A stretch of DNA of 64,000 nucleotides from Candidatus Latescibacterota bacterium (GCA_965242865.1 CBDETK010000013.1:4000001-4064000), one strand, 5' to 3'. Shown: positions 28,466-41,567, counted from the first letter of the stretch. Notes: generated by a model from the sequence alone, not told the origin. Numbers and translations are program-made.

Positions 28466-29497
28466 ATGTCAAAATCCCTCAAAACCCTGCTCGGGTTCGG
28501 CCTTTTGGGCTTCATCGGTGTTTGGATTGGCTGCTCGTCCGACTCCTCGCCAGTAGCCCCCCCCCATCCTGCTGGCAAAACCCACCTGACCTCGCAAGAC
28601 CCGACAGACCCGGCACCGACCTACGTTACGTTCGCCGACTCCAGTCTGGAGCGTGCGGTACGGACAGCACTAGGGGCCCAGGTGGGGGGGGACCCCACCA
28701 GCAGCTTGACGGACCCTACCGTGCCGCCCCTTAGAGTGACGGATCTGGCTACCCTGACCACGCTCAACGCGAGGAGTAGAGGCATTCAGAGCTTGGCGGG
28801 GCTTGAACATGCTACAAACTTGACCGCTCTGATGCTGGATAACAACAGCATTGCGGATATAAGCGACTTGGCCGGTTTGACCAAGTTGGAATATCTGAGT
28901 CTGATGGGCAACAGCATTGCGGGTATAGACTCTTTGGCCGATTTGCCCAAGTTGGAATATCTGTATCTGACGAGCAACAGCATTACGGATTTAAGCCCCT
29001 TGGCCGATTTGCCCAAGTTGAAACATCTGTATCTGACGAGCAACAGCATTACGGATTTAAGCCCCTTGGCCGGCCCCTTGGCCGATTTGCCCAAGTTGGA
29101 ATATCTGTATCTGGCGAGCAACAGCATTACGGATTTAAGCCCCTTGGCCAGTTTGACCAAGCTGAAAAGGTTGGCGCTAGGTGGGAATCCTTTTGGCGGG
29201 GATTTAAGCGACTTGGCCGGTTTGACCGAGTTGGAATGGTTAATGGTAAATTGGACCGGCGTTACGGATTTAAGCCCCTTGGAAGGCTTGACCAAGTTGA
29301 CATATCTGGACATAAGCAGTAACAGCGGGATTACGGATTTTAGCCCGTTGACATGCCTAGTGCCCACCTTGAAAAATCTGGCGCTTAGGGGTATGCCATT
29401 CTTTCAAATAGACGCGGCTGGGGGAAAAGTGCCTAAGCAGGACCAGACCGATCTCCTATACTTGGTAGCCAAAGGCGTCGCAATAAATTTCGAGTAA
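28466..29497 (+). CDS. Internalin-like leucine-rich repeat lipoprotein
   Basis: Lipobox WIGC, cap VTFADSSLERAVR, and 22-aa repeats LEYLYLTSNSITDLSPLADLPK. Confidence 0.88.
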   Translation: MSKSLKTLLGFGLLGFIGVWIGCSSDSSPVAPPHPAGKTHLTSQDPTDPAPTYVTFADSSLERAVRTALGAQVGGDPTSSLTDPTVPPLRVTDLATLTTLNARSRGIQSLAGLEHATNLTALMLDNNSIADISDLAGLTKLEYLSLMGNSIAGIDSLADLPKLEYLYLTSNSITDLSPLADLPKLKHLYLTSNSITDLSPLAGPLADLPKLEYLYLASNSITDLSPLASLTKLKRLALGGNPFGGDLSDLAGLTELEWLMVNWTGVTDLSPLEGLTKLTYLDISSNSGITDFSPLTCLVPTLKNLALRGMPFFQIDAAGGKVPKQDQTDLLYLVAKGVAINFE

Positions 29498-29562
29498 CAA
29501 CCCAATCCAAGCAGGACGCTGGCCGATACCGGCCACAAGGGGAAAAGCACCCTCTACTCATT

Positions 29563-29599
29563 GCTCCGTCTATCGTGCTAGCAGATAGACGGAGCTTTT
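29563..29599 (+). terminator. Intrinsic terminator after the LRR gene
   Basis: GCTCCGTCTATC/GATAGACGGAGC 12-bp stem followed by TTTT. Confidence 0.7.
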
Positions 29600-29647
29600 C
29601 TATGCCAAGCCCACGCCCAACAAAAACAAGAGCACCAAAAAGCGCAT
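29600..29647 (-). pseudogene. Signal-peptide-only relic (MRFLVLLFLLGVGLA*)
   Basis: Degenerate copy of the RBS and first codons of the ankyrin gene (CACGGAGGA...TAGTATGCG). Confidence 0.55.
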
Positions 29648-29720
29648 ACTAAAAATCCTCCGTGAATGAGTGAAAATACTGACCGATTTTGACGCCACAA
29701 ACTGGCTTGGAGCGGCAACG

Positions 29721-30056
29721 CTACCCGCCCCCCGACTCGAGATACGCCACGACATCGGTATGGCCGTGGCTGGCTAAGCCTTTAGGCGTATAGCCGTCGT
29801 TGGTCGTCGCCGTTAGGCTGGCCCCTTGCCCCACTAAATACTCCACCACCGCCAAATCACCAGCCTCCGCCGCAGAGTGCAGAGCCGTCTCGCCTTTGAA
29901 GTCCGTAGCGTTGACGTCCGCCCCCTGCTCAACCAAATACCGAACCACCGCCAATTGACCATAATGCGCCGCCCAGTAAAGGGCGACAGTTTTCCCTTTC
30001 TCGCCGCCCACGCCCGCCACGCCCAACCCCAACAAGAGCACCCAAAAATAACGCAT
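29721..30056 (-). CDS. Small secreted ankyrin-repeat protein
   Basis: Signal peptide MRYFWVLLLGLGVAG; ALYWAAHYG..VVRYLVEQGADVN and GETALHSAA..G...VVEYLV.QGA. Confidence 0.8.
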   Translation of the reverse strand: MRYFWVLLLGLGVAGVGGEKGKTVALYWAAHYGQLAVVRYLVEQGADVNATDFKGETALHSAAEAGDLAVVEYLVGQGASLTATTNDGYTPKGLASHGHTDVVAYLESGGG

Positions 30057-30335
30057 ACTAAATCTCCTCCGTGGTAGCTGGCGGCGATTGCCGCGCTTGG
30101 CCGCTCGCTGCCCATGCCGCCCCAGTACGGCCGCTGGCCGCGCTTGGGACCCTGTACCGAATGGCCCTTGACAGGCCCAAACCGCTCGGTCAAGTGACGA
30201 CTTTTTGCACAAAAACGGCCCGTCAATTGCCCCCCCGGCCCCATGACCACGGCGTCTATCGCGGAGTTCGGATGATAAAACACTAGCACCATTGGTTAAA
30301 TACCGCTAAGAACAGTTCGTAGGGATTGCGCCCGT

Positions 30336-31703
30336 CTAACCCAGTGCGAGTGCTTCGACCGCCTCCATCCCCCCGACCCCGACGACCTCCATCTCCGCTG
30401 GCCGCTTCCACCCCTGCAGGTTGCTCCGCGCCACTAAGCACCGCTCAAACCCCAAACTCCGCGCCTCAGCCACCCGCCGGTCAATCTGGTTCACTGGCCG
30501 GATCTCGCCCCCCAGCCCAATTTCGCCGATGGTCACGGTCTGCGCGTCGATAGGCTCGTTGCGGAAGCTCGAGACAATCGCCAGCCCCACCCCCATGTCC
30601 ACGGCCGGCTCGTCGAGGCGAATGCCCCCTACGACATTGACGAAAATGTCCTCGCCCGACAGGTCGTGGCCGCAGCGTTTTTCGAGCACCGCGATGATAA
30701 TGGAGAGCCGCTTGGCGTCAATGCCGGTCGCAACCCGCTGGGGATACCCAAAACTAGAGCGCGAGACTAGGGCCTGAATTTCAATTAAGAGCGGCCGAGT
30801 GCCCTCGATGCTACAGACGATGGCCGAACCCGACACGCCCTCAGCGCGCTCGGCCAGCAAAATTTTGGAGGGGTTGGCGACCTCCATTAGCCCTTGGTCC
30901 CGCATCTCAAAAATCCCGATCTCGTTGGTTGAACCAAAGCGATTTTTGGCCGCGCGCAGGATGCGGAAGTGATGGTGCCGCTCGCCCTCTAAATAGAGCA
31001 CGGTATCGACTAAGTGCTCCAGCACGCGCGGCCCGGCCACCGTGCCTTCTTTTGTCACGTGCCCGACCAAAAACGTGGGAATGCCGCTCTCTTTGGCCAA
31101 ATAGACGAGCCGCGCCGCGCATTCGCGCACTTGGGTCACGCTGCCGGGGGCGCTCTCCAGCTCGGGCATGTAAATGGTCTGGATCGAGTCGATGACGATG
31201 ACCAGCGGGCCAGCGGATTGTAACTGAGCGAGAATGGCCGCGAGACTCGTCTCGGCCAGTACGTGCAGGCTTTCGCACAACGCGCCCAAGCGCCCGGCGC
31301 GCAGGCGAATTTGCGCGGCCGACTCCTCGGCGGAAATGTACGCGATGCGAACATCAGAGGCCGCGAGCTGGCCGGCCATCTGCAACAGGAGGGTCGATTT
31401 GCCAATGCCGGGATCGCCGCCGACTAATACGACCGAACCGGGCATGATGCCGCCGCCCAAGACCCGGTCAAACTCAGAGATACCGATGGGCAGCCGCTCG
31501 TGGTCTTGGTCGTCAACTTGGGTGATGGGCTGCAACTCGGAGCGGGGCGCCCTCGCTAGATGTTCGCGGCGGCTGTCGGCTTCCTGGGGCCGCTCTTCGA
31601 CGCAGGTGTTCCACTCGCCGCACGCCATACAGCGCCCAAACCAGCGTGCGGCGCTGTGCCCGCAGGCCTGGCAGACGTACGTGGAGCGGTTCTTTTTAGC
31701 CAT
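30336..31703 (-). CDS. radA: DNA repair protein RadA/Sms
   Basis: C4 zinc finger, GGDPGIGKST and KNRFG. Confidence 0.95.
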   Translation of the reverse strand: MAKKNRSTYVCQACGHSAARWFGRCMACGEWNTCVEERPQEADSRREHLARAPRSELQPITQVDDQDHERLPIGISEFDRVLGGGIMPGSVVLVGGDPGIGKSTLLLQMAGQLAASDVRIAYISAEESAAQIRLRAGRLGALCESLHVLAETSLAAILAQLQSAGPLVIVIDSIQTIYMPELESAPGSVTQVRECAARLVYLAKESGIPTFLVGHVTKEGTVAGPRVLEHLVDTVLYLEGERHHHFRILRAAKNRFGSTNEIGIFEMRDQGLMEVANPSKILLAERAEGVSGSAIVCSIEGTRPLLIEIQALVSRSSFGYPQRVATGIDAKRLSIIIAVLEKRCGHDLSGEDIFVNVVGGIRLDEPAVDMGVGLAIVSSFRNEPIDAQTVTIGEIGLGGEIRPVNQIDRRVAEARSLGFERCLVARSNLQGWKRPAEMEVVGVGGMEAVEALALG

Positions 31704-32565
31704 GTACAGCCCTTTGCGCGACGACGACTCGGGGGATTTGGTTTAAGTCCGGTCGGACCTCAACCGCTGTCAAGCGTTCCGAGCGCGTAAGCAGGTCCGC
31801 TACGGCCGCGCTTTGGCCGTCCCCTACCTCTAGTAGTAAATAGCCGCCGGGGCGCATAAAGTCGGCGGCCTCCTGCGCGATGCGGCGGTGGTACGCCAAG
31901 CCGTCCTCGCCTCCGTCTAGCGCGAGCTGCGGCTCGTAGTCGCGGACTTCCGGCGCGAGTTGCGCCAAGTCGCCACGGCGCACGTACGGCGGGTTCGCCG
32001 CGATGAGGTCAAAGGGCGCGGCGCTGCTAAGGGGAGCGAACAGATCGCCGCAGTGCCACTCGACGCGCTCGGCTAGCCCGCAGCGGAGGCCGTTGGCCTT
32101 TGCTGCTGCTAACGCCGCGGCCGATACGTCGGCCGCGGCCACTTGGGCCGTGGCCGCCTCGTGGGCCAGCGACAGGGCGACCGCTCCTGAGCCGCAACAC
32201 AGGTCGAGAACTCGGCCGCCCTCGGGCAACAGCTCCAAGGCCACCTCGACGAGCACTTCGGTCTCGGGGCGCGGGATCAACACCGCCGGCGTCACGGTCA
32301 GCTCTAGGTGGCGAAAGGCCGCCACGCCCGTGATGTACTGCACCGGGACGCGCCGCAATCGCTGACGCACGTATTCTCGGTAGCGGTCCACTTCGCTGCG
32401 GTGCAAGGGGCGTTCAAATTGCAGGTAGAGATCGAGGCGTTTGACGCCGAGCACGGCGGCGAGCAGCAGCTCGGCTTGGAGACGGGCGTTTTCCAGCCCC
32501 TTTGACGCGAAGAACCGGCTCGTGTTTTCGAGGATGTCGAGCAGCCGCCAAGCGCGCCCGCTCAT
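31696..32565 (-). CDS. prmC: Release factor glutamine methyltransferase
   Basis: LIPRPETE, LDLCCGSG and NPPY; follows prfA. Confidence 0.93.
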   Translation of the reverse strand: MSGRAWRLLDILENTSRFFASKGLENARLQAELLLAAVLGVKRLDLYLQFERPLHRSEVDRYREYVRQRLRRVPVQYITGVAAFRHLELTVTPAVLIPRPETEVLVEVALELLPEGGRVLDLCCGSGAVALSLAHEAATAQVAAADVSAAALAAAKANGLRCGLAERVEWHCGDLFAPLSSAAPFDLIAANPPYVRRGDLAQLAPEVRDYEPQLALDGGEDGLAYHRRIAQEAADFMRPGGYLLLEVGDGQSAAVADLLTRSERLTAVEVRPDLNQIPRVVVAQRAVHG

Positions 32566-33629
32566 CGGGCTGACGCCAGCGCGTCCTGCTGAGAGGCGTG
32601 GGCCAATTGCTCGATGAATTTTTCAAAATCGCCGTCGAGGACTTCCTCTAGGCGATAGAGAGACAAACCAATGCGGTGATCGGTAACTCGGCCCTGCGGG
32701 AAGTTGTACGTGCGAATTTTCGCGCTGCGGTCACCGGAGCCGATCTGACCGGCGCGGGCGGCGTCGCGCTCGGCCTTTTGCTCGGCCTGCAATTTGTCGT
32801 AGAGCCGAGCGCGGAGAACCTTCAACGCCTTGTTCTTGTTCTTGAGCTGCGACTTCTCGTCTTGACAGGAGACGATAATGCCCGTTGGGATGTGGGTGAT
32901 TTTCACCGCCGAGTCCGTGGTGTTGACGCTCTGGCCGCCCGGCCCACTGGAGCGGTACACTTCGATTTTCAAATCCTCGGGGGCGATTGCCACCTCCACC
33001 TCCTCGGCTTCGGACAAGACCGCCACCGACGCGGCCGACGTGTGAATCCGGCCCGAAGCCTCGGTTTTGGGGACCCGCTGCACGCGGTGTACGCCGCTTT
33101 CAAACTTGAGTTGGCCGAAGGCGTCCGCGCCCGACACCAAAAACACCACCTCCTTCAAGCCGCCGGCCGGGTTCTGACTTGAAGAAAGCTCCTCGGTTTT
33201 TAAGCCCTTGCGCTCGGCAAAGCGGTGGTACATGCGGTACAGATCACTGGCGAAAAGCCCGGCTTCGTCGCCGCCCGTGCCGGCGCGGATCTCGACGATG
33301 GCGTTGCGACCGTCGTTGGGATCTTTGGGGATCAGCAGCACTTTGAGGGTTTCTTCTAGCCGCGCCACTTTTCCTTGCAATGGGTCGCGTTCGGCTGCGG
33401 CCAATTCGACGAGCTCTGAGTCGCTGCCCTCGGCGATGATCTCCTCGGCCTCTACGAGCTGTTCCAGCGCGGCGCGGTACTGGCCCGCTAAATCCACCAC
33501 TTCCTGCAAGTCGCCCATGTCTCGCGCCAATTTTTGGTACTGGGCCGGGTTTTGGCTGGTGGACGGATCGGCCATGAGCGCACTGAGCTCTTCGTAGCGC
33601 TGCTCGTATTCGCTCAATTTGTCTAACAC
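32562..33629 (-). CDS. prfA: Peptide chain release factor 1
   Basis: [17 protein letters not shown] (PxT) and GPGGQ. GTG start estimated. Confidence 0.95.
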   Translation of the reverse strand: MLDKLSEYEQRYEELSALMADPSTSQNPAQYQKLARDMGDLQEVVDLAGQYRAALEQLVEAEEIIAEGSDSELVELAAAERDPLQGKVARLEETLKVLLIPKDPNDGRNAIVEIRAGTGGDEAGLFASDLYRMYHRFAERKGLKTEELSSSQNPAGGLKEVVFLVSGADAFGQLKFESGVHRVQRVPKTEASGRIHTSAASVAVLSEAEEVEVAIAPEDLKIEVYRSSGPGGQSVNTTDSAVKITHIPTGIIVSCQDEKSQLKNKNKALKVLRARLYDKLQAEQKAERDAARAGQIGSGDRSAKIRTYNFPQGRVTDHRIGLSLYRLEEVLDGDFEKFIEQLAHASQQDALASAR

Positions 33630-33657
33630 GTTAGGGCGCGGCGCGCGAGGCGAATGG

Positions 33658-33915
33658 CTAGGCTTGCGTTTTGGTGCCGTAGCGGCGGTTGAACTGGTCA
33701 ATGCGCCCGCCGCGATCCATGATCTGCTGACGCTTGCCTGTGTAGAAAGGATGCGACGCCGAGCTGATTTCGACCCGAATCACCGGATAGGAATTCCCGT
33801 CTTCCCACTCCATCGTCTCTTTGGACTTCATCGTTGAACGCGATAGTATCTTGTAGTCGCAGCTAGTGTCGAGAAAAATAACCGTTTGGTACGGGGGATG
33901 CATGTCTTTTTGCAC
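33658..33915 (-). CDS. rpmE: 50S ribosomal protein L31 (long, Zn-independent type)
   Basis: HPxY...[14 protein letters not shown]...[11 protein letters not shown]; no CxxC pairs. Confidence 0.92.
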   Translation of the reverse strand: MQKDMHPPYQTVIFLDTSCDYKILSRSTMKSKETMEWEDGNSYPVIRVEISSASHPFYTGKRQQIMDRGGRIDQFNRRYGTKTQA

Positions 33916-33964
33916 CGTTGCACTCCTCTCTTTTTGGGCGGTGACGAGTTAAAAAACAAGGCGG

Positions 33965-35239
33965 CTAGTCGTTCATGGCCTTGAGGAATTCCTCGTTGGA
34001 TTCCGTGCCCTGCATGCGCTCTTGGAGGAACTCCATGCCCTCAATGACTCCCATCTGATTGAGGATGCGGCGCAGTACCCACGAGCGATTCAATTCAAAC
34101 TCCGTGAGCAGGAGCTCTTCTTTGCGGGTGCTCGTCGCCGTCACATCTACGGCCGGATAGACGCGGCGGTTGCTCAACCGGCGGTCTAGCTGCACCTGCA
34201 TATTGCCCGTGCCTTTGAATTCCTCAAAGATCACCTCGTCCATGCGACTCCCGGTCTCGACCAAGGCCGTGGCGATAATCGTCAGGCTGCCGCCTTCTTC
34301 GAGGTTGCGGGCCGCAGCGAAAAAACGGCGCGGCCACTGCAAAGCCGTCGAGTCAACGCCGCCGGAGAGAATTCGGCCCGAGTGCGGCGTCACCGTATTG
34401 TAGGCCCGCGCCAAGCGCGTGATGCTGTCGAGCAGGACGACCACATCCCGCTTGTGCTCGACTAGACGCCGGGCTTTCTCGATCACCATGTCCGCCACCT
34501 GCACGTGCCGCGTAGCCGACTCGTCAAAGGTTGAACTGACGACTTCGCCTTGGACCGAACGCAGCATATCCGTGACTTCCTCGGGGCGTTCATCAATGAG
34601 TAAGACGATGAGAATCGCTTCGGGATGGTTGGTGGTAATGGCGTTGGCGACCTTTTGCAGAAGCATGGTTTTGCCGGTGAAAGGCGGCGCTACGATTAGG
34701 CCGCGCTGCCCCTTGCCGATGGGCGAGAGCAAGTCGAGAATCCGCGTCGTCATGTCCTTGGGATTGTGTTCCAACTTGAAGCGATCTGTGGGATGCAAGG
34801 CCGTCAGGTTCTCGAAGATCGTCTTGTTCTTGGTGACTTCTGGATCGTCGAAATTGATCGCCTCAACTCGCAGCAACGCAAAATACTTCTCGTCGTTTTT
34901 CGGCGGGCGGATCTGACCGGAGATCGTGTCGCCCGTGCGCAGGCTAAACCGCTTGATCTGCGAGTGGGAAACGTAGATGTCGTCGGGGCCGGGCAAGTAG
35001 TTATAGCTCGGCGAGCGGAGAAAGCCGAATCCCTCTTCTAGCACCTCCAAAGTGCCTTGGGCAAAGATCAGCCCACTGCGCTCGGTCTGGTGCTTGAGGA
35101 TGGAGAAGATCAGCTCCTGCTTGCGCAAAGAGGTGCAATCTACCACTTCCAATTTCTTGGCCAGCTCTTGGAGATCCAAGATGTTCATGCGCTGGAGTTC
35201 GACAATATTCATTTTCTGCGTTCTATTGGCAGGCGGCAT
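33965..35239 (-). CDS. rho: Transcription termination factor Rho
   Basis: [33 protein letters not shown] and EEFKGTGN. Confidence 0.97.
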   Translation of the reverse strand: MPPANRTQKMNIVELQRMNILDLQELAKKLEVVDCTSLRKQELIFSILKHQTERSGLIFAQGTLEVLEEGFGFLRSPSYNYLPGPDDIYVSHSQIKRFSLRTGDTISGQIRPPKNDEKYFALLRVEAINFDDPEVTKNKTIFENLTALHPTDRFKLEHNPKDMTTRILDLLSPIGKGQRGLIVAPPFTGKTMLLQKVANAITTNHPEAILIVLLIDERPEEVTDMLRSVQGEVVSSTFDESATRHVQVADMVIEKARRLVEHKRDVVVLLDSITRLARAYNTVTPHSGRILSGGVDSTALQWPRRFFAAARNLEEGGSLTIIATALVETGSRMDEVIFEEFKGTGNMQVQLDRRLSNRRVYPAVDVTATSTRKEELLLTEFELNRSWVLRRILNQMGVIEGMEFLQERMQGTESNEEFLKAMND

Positions 35240-35632
35240 CTTTTCCTTGCGACCTTTCTTGCGGTTAAAGTTGTAGGTTCTCAAAGCGGATATCTGGTTT
35301 GCGGCGGCACTAGAAGTACCATGGGCTATTGCGAGGATTGGATTGTTAAAAGCGGTAGTACCGCTAAAACACTAAAACCTAAGAGTATGCCGTATCTCGG
35401 CAAAATTCTTAATCGCTCAGGAGGTCTATCGCGAAGAATATATATCTAAAGGGAGAGTGGAATTTCAAGCGGGATAAACCGCTGAGGTATTTGCTTGGAA
35501 AAGATGAGGGGCGAAAGAGTTTAGAGGATACAGAGAACATCCTCGTTTGTCAAGACGTGATACCATAAAGATAGGACGCTCGCTCTTTGAGTGGGCGTCC
35601 TATCTTCGGCAACTTCTGCGATTTCTCGGCCC

Positions 35633-36322
35633 CTATCGATTGACACCGACGGTGATCGCCGTCCGGGATACATCTTCATTGGAAGCAAAAGGCGCGACAA
35701 CGCCCGTTTCGTTGTCGCCGTCAAAGGCTCTTACATCATAGACATAGGAAGAGCCGCTGACGACGTCGGCGTCGACAAATTCGGAGCTGCCCGGCCCCAG
35801 CGTGGCGATCAACTGTTCGCTGCCCTGTTCCTGAGTTACGGCCTTGCCAAAATCATCGGCGAAACGGAGAAAGTCATCGATGTCGATTTGGCCATTGGGC
35901 ACTATGTCGAAGAACAACTCAAAATCCGCATCGGCATCAGAAGTGCCGATGCGATCGGCCAAGAGGAAGAAGTCGTCAAAGTCAACTTTGGTCCCCTCGC
36001 GCGTAAACCAGCCGAGCACTACCTCGCCGCTATCGTCCGTGGGCAGAAAGAGATCCGTGCGATACACGCGATAGCCGTGTACGTCGCCCGTGGGCACCAC
36101 TTGGCTGCCAAAGGTCGTAAACGAACGAGCGTCGTCTGTTGATAGCGTCCAAGAGATCGACACGGATGGGTCGCCGCCGGAGGTAGCGAGCACTTGCAGG
36201 TCGGTCACAGGTGCCGGAGGAATATTATCGACGGAAGCTACGGGCCCGGAGGTGGTCAACTGAGCGGCCGCGGGAACAGCGCAAAAAGCGGCGAGCGCAA
36301 CGATGCGGAGATACTCTTTCAT
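35633..36322 (-). CDS. Secreted FN3-like protein with an internal dockerin/EF-hand-like insert
   Basis: Signal peptide; PPAPVTDL..ISW..GYRVYR; insert VDFDDFFLLAD...DIVPNGQIDIDDFLRFADDFG; then F.D.DV..G.SY.Y.VRAFD. Confidence 0.65.
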   Translation of the reverse strand: MKEYLRIVALAAFCAVPAAAQLTTSGPVASVDNIPPAPVTDLQVLATSGGDPSVSISWTLSTDDARSFTTFGSQVVPTGDVHGYRVYRTDLFLPTDDSGEVVLGWFTREGTKVDFDDFFLLADRIGTSDADADFELFFDIVPNGQIDIDDFLRFADDFGKAVTQEQGSEQLIATLGPGSSEFVDADVVSGSSYVYDVRAFDGDNETGVVAPFASNEDVSRTAITVGVNR

Positions 36323-36355
36323 CGAACTATACTCCTTTTGAAAGGATGGAATAAC

Positions 36356-37021
36356 CTAGTACAAGCTGGTGCCGAGGTTATCGGCCCAAAGGAAGAAGTC
36401 CTCGAGAGCAACCACGCCGTTGCCGTCGATGTCTGTGGCTGGATCGAATTCGGCTTGGCCGAAGTTGGCCTGAAAAATTCCGTAGTCGTCGAGGTCCACA
36501 TCGCCGTCGTAGTCAAAGTCGCCGAGGAGCAACATGTTCTTGACTTCGGCCGACTCGATGGGAGCGCTCTCGTTGCCGCTAGCATCAACAACCGAGACCA
36601 TGTAGAAATACCGCTTGCTCCCCTCCCCCACATCGATTGAGGCATCGACTAAGGACGTTACGCCAGCATTAGCAGTGCCGACTATGGCCAAGTTGCCGTC
36701 AGCGTCGTCGGCGAGACGACGCCATATATTGTAGCCTGCGACATCGTTGACGTTGGTAAAGGTGCCGCCCGACGTAAAGTCGCTGCTCGTCGGGGTCTGG
36801 CGCATGACATCGTCGCCGGACAAGGCCCAAGAGACGGTGATGCTCCGTCCGCCTTCGTCGAACTCAGCCTGTACTCCGCTGACGGGACTAGGTGCGAGAT
36901 CGTCTGTATCTGCCGCAGTCCCTGAGACCGCTAGCTGCGCTGCCGCCGGACTCGCGCACAGAAAAACGCTGAGGCCCAACAGGGCCAAATTCGCGATAGC
37001 TCTCTTTATGCCTTTCGACAT
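36356..37021 (-). CDS. Secreted FN3-like protein with a C-terminal dockerin/EF-hand-like domain
   Basis: Signal peptide; APSPVSGV..VSW..GYNIWR..Y.VSVVD.SGNES; GDFDYDGDVDLDDY...DIDGNGVVALEDFFLWADN. Confidence 0.7.
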   Translation of the reverse strand: MSKGIKRAIANLALLGLSVFLCASPAAAQLAVSGTAADTDDLAPSPVSGVQAEFDEGGRSITVSWALSGDDVMRQTPTSSDFTSGGTFTNVNDVAGYNIWRRLADDADGNLAIVGTANAGVTSLVDASIDVGEGSKRYFYMVSVVDASGNESAPIESAEVKNMLLLGDFDYDGDVDLDDYGIFQANFGQAEFDPATDIDGNGVVALEDFFLWADNLGTSLY

Positions 37022-37208
37022 ATCTGATATCCTCCTCTTAATGCTCAATGGGTCAAAATTCTGAAATACCAAAATACCAATAGTTTGCTGTAAACTCAAG
37101 GAATTAACGCAAATTAGCGGTGCTAACGGACTTTCTTGACCCGGTTAATGGGCTGCCATATCTTGCTCAACGGCCCTGTTAATATAGAGAAAAAGCCCCC
37201 TGCTAGCA

Positions 37209-39011
37209 ATGCCACGCAACCACGAAGCGGAAGCCGTGCGCGAGCGCATCCGCGACGCCACCGACATCGTCGATCTGGTCTCCGAACACGTCCAACTCGT
37301 CAAGAAAGGCCGCAACTTTTCCGGCCTCTGCCCTTTTCACGACGAAAAAACCCCCTCTTTCAGCGTCAATCCCGACCGCCAATTCTACCACTGCTTCGGC
37401 TGCGGCGCCGGCGGCGATGTCTTCAGGTTCGTCCAAGAGATCGATCGCGTCACTTTTGCCGAAGCGATCAAGTTCCTCGCCGAGCGGGCCGGCATCGCCC
37501 TACCCGAGCGTTCAGGGGGGCCATCGCACGAGAAGGCTGCGGCCGAAGACGAGCTCTACCGCGCCAACGACCTAGCACAAAAGTACTTTCACCATCTATT
37601 GCTCAACGACGAGGTTGGCGCTGGTGCCCGCACGTATCTACAGGCGCGCGGCCTCGCCGGCGAAACCATCGCGCGCTTCGGCTTGGGGTACGCGCCGCCG
37701 GCGTGGGATGCCTTGCTCAAAGTAGCCGGTCGCCGAGGCTTGAGTCCCCAGATCTTGGAGCGGGCCGGGTTGGCGTTGCCGCGCTCCAACAGCAGCGGCC
37801 ACTACGACCGCTTTCGCGCCCGGGTCACTTTTCCCATTGCCAATCTCTCCAATCGGACCATTGCCTTCGGTGCCCGCGCACTCCAGCCCGACCAAAACCC
37901 TAAGTACCTGAACTCGCCCGAAACGCCCATCTACCACAAGGGCCGGGTGCTCTATGGGCTATCCAGTGCCCGCGACGCCATCCGCCGCCAAGATGCCGTG
38001 CTAGTCGTCGAAGGCTACACGGACCTACTCAGCCTAGCGCAGGCCGGCATCCAGCACGTAGTCGCAACGGCCGGCACGGCCCTAACTGAGGACCACGGCC
38101 GCTTGTTGGCTCGCTTTGCCCGCCGATTAGTACTGCTGTTCGACGGCGACGCGGCCGGTTCCACGGCCGCCATGCGCGCCCTCGAAGTCCTCCTCGGCAC
38201 GAGCTTAGACGTCCGCGTCGTCTCGCTGCCTTCCGAGCACGACCCCGATACCTTCGTCCAAGCGCACGGCCCCGAAGCCCTGCTCAACCAAGCCGAAAAC
38301 GCCCCGTTGGTCCTCGACTTTTACCTCGGGCGACTCGCCCAACAGCACGACCTCTCCAGCATTGAGGGCAAGAGCCGCGCCGTCGAAACGGTCAAGCCGC
38401 TCATAGCCAAGCTGAACAAGCCCCAAGATGCGGTCCGCCGCGACTTGCTGCTGCGAGAAGTCGCCCAGCGTCTAGCGGTTGACGAACAGGCCCTGCGCGA
38501 CGGGGTGCAAGCCTCCATGCGCCGGCCCCAACGGTCGCGTCAAGGCGTTGCCGACCCGCCGCCAACGGCCGCGCCCGACCCGCCGCGCCACGAACTCGAA
38601 TTCATCGGCCTGTTGATCCACTTTCCGCAGTTCATACCCGAAACGGCCCAGGAATTCGCCGCTGACTCGCTGAGCGACGCCCGCACCCAGACGCTGTGTC
38701 GCGCGCTCTTCAGCCTCCATGCCCGCGGCAAAGCCATCGACCTAGGCGCGATTCTCAGCGAGCTAGCGGACGACGCACTCGCCCGCCTAGCCGCCCAATG
38801 TGCAGCCCAAGGTTTCGACGAGGAGCAAGTCGAGCGGCAATGGCGCGACTACTTGCTTTACTTTCAGAAAAATGCGCTGCAAAAGCGCATCGCCAATGCA
38901 CGGCAAGCCCTCGCCGCGACATCCGACGACAGCGAAATTGTCCGCATCAGCACCGAGCTCGTCGCGCTCAACCAACAGCGCCAAGCCATCGCGGCCCAAC
39001 AAAGCTCTTGA
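37209..39011 (+). CDS. dnaG: DNA primase
   Basis: CPFHDEKTPSF, CFGCG, KYLNSPET, VEGYTD and FDGDAAG; upstream TTGACC-17-TATCTT. Confidence 0.96.
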   Translation: MPRNHEAEAVRERIRDATDIVDLVSEHVQLVKKGRNFSGLCPFHDEKTPSFSVNPDRQFYHCFGCGAGGDVFRFVQEIDRVTFAEAIKFLAERAGIALPERSGGPSHEKAAAEDELYRANDLAQKYFHHLLLNDEVGAGARTYLQARGLAGETIARFGLGYAPPAWDALLKVAGRRGLSPQILERAGLALPRSNSSGHYDRFRARVTFPIANLSNRTIAFGARALQPDQNPKYLNSPETPIYHKGRVLYGLSSARDAIRRQDAVLVVEGYTDLLSLAQAGIQHVVATAGTALTEDHGRLLARFARRLVLLFDGDAAGSTAAMRALEVLLGTSLDVRVVSLPSEHDPDTFVQAHGPEALLNQAENAPLVLDFYLGRLAQQHDLSSIEGKSRAVETVKPLIAKLNKPQDAVRRDLLLREVAQRLAVDEQALRDGVQASMRRPQRSRQGVADPPPTAAPDPPRHELEFIGLLIHFPQFIPETAQEFAADSLSDARTQTLCRALFSLHARGKAIDLGAILSELADDALARLAAQCAAQGFDEEQVERQWRDYLLYFQKNALQKRIANARQALAATSDDSEIVRISTELVALNQQRQAIAAQQSS

Positions 39012-39051
39012 CCTGTTGGGGAAAAATCCTAGATTTTTAGCAGCGTTACAG

Positions 39052-39128
<77 letters not shown>

Positions 39129-39259
39129 TTACTTTTACTTTATGCGCGGTTACGAGGATTGGGGCCACCAATTTTTGTAGCCGTTTTTTATTTCTCAACC
39201 TATGTCCGCGCCCTTCCTTTGCGTCCGCATTGGATGGAAGGCGGGTGTGGGGGAGACGT

Positions 39260-41452
<2,193 letters not shown>

Positions 41453-41490
41453 CGCCGCAACCGTGGGGGGCTACCTTAGAAAATGCTCTT

Positions 41491-41567
41491 GGGCGATTAG
41501 CTCAGTTGGTTAGAGCGCCGGTCTCACATACCGGAGGTCCGCAGTTCAAATCTGCGATCGCCCACCA
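41491..41567 (+). tRNA. tRNA-Val(CAC)
   Basis: GGGCGAT/ATCGCCC-ACCA, CCGGT-CTCACAT-ACCGG; 77 nt; promoter TTGACG-17-TACCTT at 41449-41477. Confidence 0.93.

Noticed and set aside
28786-29367. 193-aa antisense ORF over the LRR gene (also 49553-50182 over the YWTD repeats)
   Set aside because: Shadow frame produced by repetitive coding sequence; no RBS or independent motif.
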